Origin: Nitrososphaeraceae archaeon
GTDB taxonomy: Archaea; Thermoproteota; Nitrososphaeria; Nitrososphaerales; Nitrososphaeraceae
Direction of reading: 5' to 3'
DNA length: 21,763 nucleotides
NCBI GenBank assembly: GCA_044870765.1
Contig: JBIOZG010000003.1
Span: 1 to 21,763 of the forward strand
The notes under the pieces: model-generated
Told to the model about the DNA's origin: nothing
Database searches by the model: none
Seen by the model: the letters and a program-made list of their open reading frames with translations, nothing else
Position numbers and translations under genes: made by a program
In this document: one piece after another, positions 14,703 to 21,763 of the stretch
Numbering within the stretch: position 1 is the first letter of the stretch
How the letters are laid out: the number at the start of each line of letters is the position of its first letter

Positions 14703-15116
14703 CTATTTTTTCAATATTTTCTCAATGGTTTGAGCAAGATATTGCATATGAACTGGCTTTTCCATAAAATTATCGTATCTAATATTTATTAAATCCTCGC
14801 CGTTTAACTCAAAAGCGCTGATAATAATCACCTTAATATCGTGGTTAATCTTGCGAATTCTGCGTATCAGTTCAATACCCGAGATTCCGGGCATCCTTAC
14901 GTCTGTTATGATTATCGAGTATCTTTGTGGTCTTCGATGTATTTCTTCAAGAGCTTTCAAAGGATCAAGAAACGAGGTTACACCGTATCCTTCCTTTTTG
15001 AGAAAATCACTAAACAAATTCAGTATGTCCGCATCATCGTCAATAACAAGTATTCGTGCAGGTGATTCACTAGAGCGAGACGATGTCATTTTTGTTGTCA
15101 AACTATTATCAGGCAC
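14703..15116 (-). CDS. Stand-alone response regulator receiver protein
   Basis: ILVIDDD, ITDVRMPGISG, ISA, EKP; no output domain. Confidence 0.93.
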   Translation of the reverse strand: MPDNSLTTKMTSSRSSESPARILVIDDDADILNLFSDFLKKEGYGVTSFLDPLKALEEIHRRPQRYSIIITDVRMPGISGIELIRRIRKINHDIKVIIISAFELNGEDLINIRYDNFMEKPVHMQYLAQTIEKILKK

Positions 15117-15490
15117 AATCTCTTAACTGCACACTAATTTCAAGCTATTTGCATCACTATCCTCTTTTGGAGTTCTGTTGGTTAGTTTGTACTAAAGAAT
15201 AATCCGATCCTGAAAAAAATTTTGATTCTAAAATAGAAGCCCTGATACTCTATCATATTATGATGATTAATAATTAATAAATATAAACATACATTGTGAT
15301 TCAGCCATTCAAAATTGATCGAAATATAATTTACGATGGGCATCTCATCCTATGGGCTAATACCGAATATGATTAGTTGTCAATCTATGTTCAGCATGTT
15401 TCAGCTTGCTTTCATTCATTTTTATGAAACATATCTCCTCAAACCAAAATTGTTGAAATCTTAATAAAAGATGTCAAAGATATATAATTA

Positions 15491-15637
15491 ATGCCAAGAG
15501 GAGTAAAGAAGGGTCTAGACACAAAAAAGTTTGACAGGTGTGTTACTAAAGTCAAGCGCAAATCAGGGAAGAAAGTCAATCCGTACGCAGTCTGTAACGC
15601 AAGCATGTCAGGCAAAACGAGGCGCAGAAGAAAATAG
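15491..15637 (+). CDS. Small highly basic two-cysteine protein
   Basis: Below the track cutoff. MPRGVKKGLDTKKFDRCVTKVKRKSGKKVNPYAVCNASMSGKTRRRRK* (48 aa, 18 K/R). TTAATAAA at 15461-15468. Locally higher GC than its flanks. Confidence 0.7.
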   Translation: MPRGVKKGLDTKKFDRCVTKVKRKSGKKVNPYAVCNASMSGKTRRRRK

Positions 15638-15847
15638 GTACAATTTAAATATTTGTTCCTATTTAAAGAACATACATTCTACATTTTTCCTCCAACTTTT
15701 ATATTATCTGAACGTATGACACAATATTCGAGATAATATTCTGACAGTCATAAAACAATTGCATATATAAACGAATTTCAAAGCAGACGAAGTAATCTCT
15801 AGGTTTACTTTGAATCTAAACTTTCTATGAAGAAATTTTATTTGTCT

Positions 15848-15855
15848 AAAAAAAA
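15848..15855 (-). terminator. Oligo-T terminator candidate for 15877..16107
   Basis: A8 on plus (T8 on minus) about 22 nt past the stop codon. Confidence 0.4.
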
Positions 15856-15876
15856 TGTTATTGTGGATAACAAATA

Positions 15877-16107
15877 TTAGTCTTTTCTATAGTTTTGAGC
15901 GTCCTCTTTGGTGATAGAAAACCAAACTTTGTGTCCGTCAAATCGCTCGACAAGGCTTTTTGGTAAGTAAAATTTGTCTTTATCTACAACTCCTTTTTTC
16001 GTAACCACAATTTCAGGTTCGACTTCGTGCACTTCGCCCAAATCATAGTCGTTCGTACCTCGTGCTTCTTTTTTTAAGATATCATCCCAGTTAGTTATGT
16101 TGTTCAT
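15877..16107 (-). CDS. Small PRC-barrel-like protein
   Basis: KKEARGTNDYDLGEVHEV...IVVTKKG...FYLPKSLVERFDGHKVWF resembles the PRC-barrel pattern; TTATA about 25 nt upstream. Confidence 0.75.
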   Translation of the reverse strand: MNNITNWDDILKKEARGTNDYDLGEVHEVEPEIVVTKKGVVDKDKFYLPKSLVERFDGHKVWFSITKEDAQNYRKD

Positions 16108-16301
16108 GATACATAACGCTCAACATTCGATATAAGCATTCAAGGGACGTATCAACGCGAGCCAATTAATTCAATCGGATCTTACTATGTTCACATTTTA
16201 AGATATTTAGATATGATAAAATTAGATGGAGAAATAATCCCAAAATAAGAAACTTGAGAATTTCACATCGATATATAAAGTTTGTAGTACTAAATTATTT
16301 G

Positions 16302-16514
16302 ATGAAATCATATAGGAATTCAACTATCCGATTGACACTAATGATGTGTATGATCACGATAACTGGAATCTTTTCTAGCGCAGAATTTGTATCCGGTCAG
16401 CAAACAGTAGACTTGAAGACTCCAGGTGGCAATAAGGCATTTGGTGGAGATAACAAAGGAAGTGTATCGATTGTTCCCAAAGAACATACTGTTAATATAG
16501 TTGCAGAGCAATAA
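16302..16514 (+). CDS. Small secreted protein, possibly truncated
   Basis: 70 aa from ATG 16302 (TATATAAA at 16272-16279). Signal peptide, then a short beta-rich segment that ends abruptly. Confidence 0.55.
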   Translation: MKSYRNSTIRLTLMMCMITITGIFSSAEFVSGQQTVDLKTPGGNKAFGGDNKGSVSIVPKEHTVNIVAEQ

Positions 16515-16516
16515 CA

Positions 16517-16534
16517 TTTTCTTTTTTTTGTTTT
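16517..16534 (+). terminator. Oligo-T terminator candidate
   Basis: TTTTCTTTTTTTTGTTTT just after the stop at 16514. Confidence 0.55.
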
Positions 16535-16632
16535 ATTCTGTATTGATTGAAAGTTAAAATGATCATCTGATTTGACTGTTCCTAGTTACTGCTTTTATAT
16601 TTTGTTGATTATAATTCATCCGGTGTTGGGAC

Positions 16633-17616
16633 TTGAGCTCTATCCTCTCTTATAATAAGAACGAAGTTAGAGAAAACGGTTCTCTTGAAGATTTGGATGA
16701 AGGTTATAATGTTTGGGTCGATGTCATAAATCCGGATCAATCAGAACTTGATAAATTGGCAAAAAAATTTCACTTAAATGAGGAAGCCATTCAAACTTGC
16801 ATAAATAAATCAAAAAAGCCAGAAATTCGTCAACTAGAGAATCATACGTTTACTGTAATAGTAGACATGAAAAATAAAGATCCAGAGACTCTGCTTATAG
16901 AGGCCGTATACTTTTTTCTGGGTACAAATTGGTTAATAACAATTCATACGGCTGAGGTTGACATTAAGCTAATCGTTCAGAGACTCCTTAACATACAAAA
17001 TGAAACAATAAAGCAAACACGTATAGACGCTTTATATTATAATATACTGGCAGGTCTTGTTACCAAATATGAACAATTGCTTACGGCTCTCGAACTATCT
17101 GTAAATGAGTATCAGAGAAGGTCATTCGTACGCCCACTCCCAGAAATATTTGAAAGCATAGATATTTTATCAAGGCAAGCCATAATGCTACGCAGACAAT
17201 TTTGGTATGTAAGAAATATAATTAATTTTCTGCTGCATACAGAAAAGGACAAAGAAGATGTGAAATATGTAGAGATGGTGTATGACGATATGACGCAGTT
17301 GATTGATTTTGTGGAATCCTATGAGGGGACGATCAATTCAATTAGAGAGCTATACGTGGCCAAGGTATCACTCCAAATAAACGAAACTATGAGAATCCTC
17401 ACTATATTTACAGCCATATTACTCCCACTTGCACTAATTGCAGGTATATACGGAATGAATGGAATAGATTTGGAAAATATTACACAAGTACCCTTGGGCT
17501 TCATAGTCGTATTGGTAACTATGGCAATAATAGTAATTGGATTTGTTTTGTTTTTTGTCAAGAAAGGATGGATAGTTCTTAAAAGAGACAAGTCCAAGCA
17601 AAAACCAGAATCCTAA
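16633..17616 (+). CDS. corA: CorA family Mg2+/Co2+ transporter
   Basis: WVDVINP, LITIH, long helical stalk, NETMRILTIF...GIYGMN signature between two C-terminal TM helices. Confidence 0.95.
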   Translation: MSSILSYNKNEVRENGSLEDLDEGYNVWVDVINPDQSELDKLAKKFHLNEEAIQTCINKSKKPEIRQLENHTFTVIVDMKNKDPETLLIEAVYFFLGTNWLITIHTAEVDIKLIVQRLLNIQNETIKQTRIDALYYNILAGLVTKYEQLLTALELSVNEYQRRSFVRPLPEIFESIDILSRQAIMLRRQFWYVRNIINFLLHTEKDKEDVKYVEMVYDDMTQLIDFVESYEGTINSIRELYVAKVSLQINETMRILTIFTAILLPLALIAGIYGMNGIDLENITQVPLGFIVVLVTMAIIVIGFVLFFVKKGWIVLKRDKSKQKPES

Positions 17617-17800
17617 TAAATTATTTAGCAACGCTTACGTATATGCGGTAGATTATAATGTACTGCATATTGGATTTGGTTATTTAATGGCAAATTATTG
17701 GCAAACCCTAGGTTATCCGGAATTAAATTCAAAATGTGAATCATTATTTCGATTCGAAACAATACCAAACACGATTGGTTTAAATCGTATATTGAACTAG

Positions 17801-19489
17801 ATGTATCGACCGATGCCCTCTCAGTATCGAGAAAACACCCAAGCTCATACCAACAATGAACAAACGGACATGACACTGAACGATATCGTATGCAACGCAA
17901 ACCAGGAGCTGTGTATTTGCGGCGATTTTACTTTACCGGATTTCATATTGACTGAACGAATCAGGCAGGCACTTCAAGATGCTAAAGCCAAGGGAACAAG
18001 AATTAGATTGATAACGGAGATTACAAGAGTTAATTTGAGTTCGTGTAAACAAATAATGAAATTTGCAGAAGTTAGGCACCTCGAAAAGCTAGTTGGAAAT
18101 TTTGCAATAAACGATCTCGAATATTTTGGTCAAGCTCAAGGCAATGCTTTTACATCAAATCTAATTTATCGCAACGATGGTGCAATGGTGGAGCAACAAA
18201 AATATATTTTTGAAAATCTATGGAACAATGCTGACACTCAACATGACAAAATGTCCAGTTTAGAGGTAGGTGTGGATCCGGAGGAGATCAAAGTGTTATC
18301 AGACCCGTACGAAATTCGCAAAACTTACTTGGATTTGATAAAATCTGCAGTTTCCGAAATATCACTAATAATAGCAACTCCAAATGCACTCCAAAGAAAT
18401 TACAGGGGAGGGATAATATCCATGTTAATAGAAGCTTCAGAAAAAAGGAACGTTAATGTCAACTTAGTTATTCCTACTTATGAAATCGACACACAGAATG
18501 ATTTCTTCCCCTTCGAGTCACTCTCAAATATTTCAAATTTTAAAATAAAATCTATTGCTCCGCCGACTAGAAAAACTCACTTGATAAAAACTACTTTTTT
18601 GATCGTGGATAAAAAATCCATATTGATAATAGACGTAAAGGATGATACTCAAGAAAATTTTATAAAGGCTGTAGGATATGCTACTTATCATACGAGCAAG
18701 TCCCGCACAGAATCATACAATTTCATATTTGATACCATTTGGAGACAGGCTGATTTGCATGAATCATTAAGAGAAGCAAACAGGAATCTTTTGTACTCAT
18801 ATCAAAAGCTAGAAGAACATGATGCGATGGAGAAGGAATTTATCAATATTGCGGCCCACGAGTTAAGGACGCCGTCCCAATCCATTATTGGTTATTCAGA
18901 GATGCTTAAAAATCTCCCAGAAAGGAACAAACAATATGAGGCAGCTATTCTCCGAAATGCTGAAAGACTATTTTCTTTGGTAACAAACATGTTGAATATT
19001 GCTAGAATAGAATCTCAAACTATGAAACTAAATAAGACAGTTTTTGATTTAAATGTAAAAATTCAAAATGTTATTAAAGACATCAGTCAACAAACACAAT
19101 TAAGTAACATTGACAAAGTTAAAATTGAATTTATTCCGATTAAAACAGTTGATATCATAGCTGATAAAGAAAAAATATTTGAAGTGTTCGCAAACTTGGT
19201 AAATAATGCAATAAAATTTACAAAACAGGGCACAATTACTATAAATCTAAGGAGGGAAGACAAAACAAATCAAGCTATTGTTACTGTTAAAGATAGTGGT
19301 CCTGGCATAGATCCAGAAATAATTCCCCACTTATTTTCAAAATTTAAGACTAAATCGGAGAAAGGTCTTGGACTTGGATTGTATATTTCAAAAAATATTG
19401 TTGAAGCTCATGGGGGAATGATCGAAGCGTATAATAACCCGAATTCAAAAGGCGCCACTTTTATAGTTACGTTACCCCTAAAAGCATAA
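17801..19489 (+). CDS. Soluble sensor histidine kinase with tandem N-terminal PLD/TrmB-like domains
   Basis: H-box AAHELRTP, N-box NLVNNAIKF, G1 DSGPGI, F-box LFSKF, G2 GLGLGLYISK; no TM segment. Confidence 0.93.
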   Translation: MYRPMPSQYRENTQAHTNNEQTDMTLNDIVCNANQELCICGDFTLPDFILTERIRQALQDAKAKGTRIRLITEITRVNLSSCKQIMKFAEVRHLEKLVGNFAINDLEYFGQAQGNAFTSNLIYRNDGAMVEQQKYIFENLWNNADTQHDKMSSLEVGVDPEEIKVLSDPYEIRKTYLDLIKSAVSEISLIIATPNALQRNYRGGIISMLIEASEKRNVNVNLVIPTYEIDTQNDFFPFESLSNISNFKIKSIAPPTRKTHLIKTTFLIVDKKSILIIDVKDDTQENFIKAVGYATYHTSKSRTESYNFIFDTIWRQADLHESLREANRNLLYSYQKLEEHDAMEKEFINIAAHELRTPSQSIIGYSEMLKNLPERNKQYEAAILRNAERLFSLVTNMLNIARIESQTMKLNKTVFDLNVKIQNVIKDISQQTQLSNIDKVKIEFIPIKTVDIIADKEKIFEVFANLVNNAIKFTKQGTITINLRREDKTNQAIVTVKDSGPGIDPEIIPHLFSKFKTKSEKGLGLGLYISKNIVEAHGGMIEAYNNPNSKGATFIVTLPLKA

Positions 19490-19647
19490 TTTATTGAAAT
19501 ACTTCAATTTTTATAATCAAATAACTTTTTAAAAGCTTACTATTTCATTCTTTTGTGTATCCTCATCAGTAGAATAAAAATAATAACGATAATCTAATTT
19601 TCAATTTCCATTGCAAGCGTTAAATAAAATGTCGTAGAAAGAATTAC

Positions 19648-19920
19648 ATGGAAAGTTTAAAACAAGAAACCTCGAAGGTAACAAACGAAGATAAAAATGA
19701 AGAACACAATGTTTCAAATTGGTCCGATGTTGTCAGAGACATTGTAGACAAACTAACTGGAAAGGATATGGAGGTTACATATGATTTTGATAATTTAGAA
19801 ATCGATATACCGAAAGCAACTGGACCAGAGGGAAAGGAATTAGGCAGCGCAAAATGGAAAATTAATGGCAAGTTCGTAATTTCTACTCAGCTTCATGACA
19901 AACCTGAAACAAATGAATAA
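19648..19920 (+). CDS. Small hypothetical protein
   Basis: 90 aa. Globular-looking core WSDVVRDIVDKLTGKDMEVTYDFDNLEIDIP...AKWKING; TTAAATAA about 25 nt upstream. Confidence 0.75.
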   Translation: MESLKQETSKVTNEDKNEEHNVSNWSDVVRDIVDKLTGKDMEVTYDFDNLEIDIPKATGPEGKELGSAKWKINGKFVISTQLHDKPETNE

Positions 19921-20379
19921 TTTCCTTGACAACATCTCGTAGTAACATGAGGAGGACGATTTATCAAGGCATGACATATCTTTACTTCTGATGGATTCAG
20001 ATCTTGGCAATACCCTATACGTTGGGTATAAAGCAAAAGTGGTAGCAGGTATCAAGAACGTATTAAGGTTTAGATGTTTAATTTTTTAAAATTGGCTGGT
20101 GCCTAATGTCACAATAATATGGTCCCAGCCAATCGGATGTGTTCATCTACTATCAGATGAATAGATGACAACAAATACACAAATAATTTCTATTTAAGCC
20201 TTGATTTATTGTGTCAATTTTGGAAGAGATATTACCCTTTTCTTGAAATTGCATGTATATTATGGCACATTACATCAGCATACTGGAAATTTTTATCCAT
20301 TTAGAATCAAATAAACTTTATAGGAAACCTTTTTTTTAATTAATAATCTTCATGTATTACTTGTCAGAGGGCTATTGAA

Positions 20380-20790
20380 ATGTCTGACAGATTTGTTAGT
20401 ATTGTGGATGATGAGATTGATATTACAGAAACGTTTCAGGCTGCTATTTGTGGCTCAATTCAGGGCATTTCCGTATTTACTTTTAATGATCCGGTCCTTG
20501 CTTTGGAACACTTTACAACAAATATGAAAAACTATGCGCTTATTATTTCAGATTTAAGGATGCCTGGCCTTAACGGTTTAGAGCTTTTAAAAAGGATAAA
20601 AGGAGCGAATCCTAACGTAAGAACGATACTTATGAGTGCATATAATTTTGAATTAGATAATTTATATCAGACTTATTTGAATGAAGGAATTATAGACTCA
20701 GCTATTGAAAAACCTGTGACTATACCTGCTCTATGTCAGAGAGTAAGAGACGAATTTCAGGTTTATCAATTAAAATCACATCTAAAATGA
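20380..20790 (+). CDS. Stand-alone response regulator receiver protein
   Basis: IVDDE, ISDLRMPGLNG, MSA, EKP. Confidence 0.93.
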   Translation: MSDRFVSIVDDEIDITETFQAAICGSIQGISVFTFNDPVLALEHFTTNMKNYALIISDLRMPGLNGLELLKRIKGANPNVRTILMSAYNFELDNLYQTYLNEGIIDSAIEKPVTIPALCQRVRDEFQVYQLKSHLK

Positions 20791-20885
20791 AATATTTGTA
20801 TATGATGCATTTCTATAAAATAGAACCGATATCTGAAATGATTCTTTAAAAGCACTACTTCAATATTTTATCACCATAGCAAACA

Positions 20886-21317
20886 CTATTCATCACTCAC
20901 ATAATTCTTGTTCATTCTTTGGGATTTATTTACAAGATGAAAAATTGTACTTTCAATTATATCTAGTTTAACAGGTTTCACTAGAACTTCAATATTCTTG
21001 TTGTAAAAAACTGGGTTTTTCGAAATCTCTTTGTGTAAATGTTCATAAGCGGTTATGAATAGTATGGGTGCTGATGGAAACCTGGTTAATATTTCAATAG
21101 CTATATCGATTCCATTTTTGTTCCCTGGCAATCTAAAATCTATCATGTATATATCAGATCTTAGACTATCTATTTCCTTTATCACTTCATCACCGGTTTT
21201 GTATGCAGTTGTTATCTCATGTCCCTTTCCCACAAGGAAGTCTTTGTAAAGTATTAAAATGTCTTCTTCATCTTCAAGAATCATTATCTTTAGTTTTTTG
21301 TTATTTGGTTGAGACAT
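20886..21317 (-). CDS. Stand-alone response regulator receiver protein
   Basis: ILEDEED, IDFRLPGNKNG, ITAY, VKP. Confidence 0.93.
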   Translation of the reverse strand: MSQPNNKKLKIMILEDEEDILILYKDFLVGKGHEITTAYKTGDEVIKEIDSLRSDIYMIDFRLPGNKNGIDIAIEILTRFPSAPILFITAYEHLHKEISKNPVFYNKNIEVLVKPVKLDIIESTIFHLVNKSQRMNKNYVSDE

Positions 21318-21658
21318 AGATTATCAAATTGCAGAACTAGCATTATAGATAAGATATAACTACCATCTTAACAAATAATTGATAGATTCCGACAACTGCT
21401 AACCTTAGAACTACATAACTTAAAAGGTTATCAATGTTTGAACCCATAATTATTGTTCGATAAAAAGTCATCAATAAGAAAGGTAAACTTTATCGACTCC
21501 CTCTAAATCACCTTGATTATTTCTTTTGACCGTCTAATAGAATTGTAATTTTTACAGTTAGTAACGAATCTATCTCCTAGCTTATTTGCAGCTGTATAGA
21601 TAATATAGGTCGAAGTCGTAGTATTATTTATATGAGTATTGGAGGCTGAGATAGACCA

Positions 21659-21763
21659 ATGATAAAAGACCTGGTAAATCCAACTAATTTTAATCTCTTG
21701 GTTGGAAAACTCGGAGACGTTCTTATAAGAGCGTTGGATCTTCCTTTAGGATATGCAATAAAC
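21659..21763 (+). CDS. 5' fragment of a possible CDS running off the window
   Basis: MIKDLVNPTNFNLLVGKLGDVLIRALDLPLGYAIN, open to the end. TTTATAT at 21627-21633 and GGAGG at 21641-21645. Confidence 0.45.
   Translation, partial: MIKDLVNPTNFNLLVGKLGDVLIRALDLPLGYAIN

Noticed and set aside
15531-15719. Track ORF of 62 aa (TTG start)
   Set aside because: Out-of-frame overlap with 15491..15637, which has an ATG, a TATA-like element and a structured motif.
17319-17900. Minus-strand ORFs overlapping corA and the kinase start, and similar antisense ORFs inside adh, GT4 and the receiver genes
   Set aside because: Antisense to well-supported genes, with no motifs.
1-21763. Mobile element or provirus
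   Set aside because: No transposase, integrase, terminal inverted repeats, tRNA att site or viral structural gene recognised.

Overview
AT-rich archaeal window. TATA boxes about 25 nt upstream of several start codons, oligo-T terminators, stand-alone receiver proteins and many small secreted proteins rich in N-x-S/T suggest a soil ammonia-oxidising archaeon (Nitrososphaeraceae-like; inference). I found no rRNA, tRNA, CRISPR array or transposase. Left to right: two secreted surface proteins (RTX-repeat protein; acidic TTDE-repeat protein); a candidate signalling cluster at 3.6-8.15 kb (small secreted peptide ending in a C-x4-C tail, ~10-TM membrane protein with a frameshifting A8T10 tract at its 5' end, Roadblock-like protein, MinD/ParA ATPase, and a KaiC/RecA-like ATPase + LIM-like Zn finger + class III nucleotide cyclase fusion); Zn alcohol dehydrogenase; small secreted and acidic proteins, one frameshifted with a 51-bp duplication; a six-hairpin glycosidase and GT4 pair; CorA; a soluble histidine kinase; three stand-alone receivers. 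Several probable small or partial genes are missing from the ORF track. All family calls come from motif recognition by eye, not from database searches.
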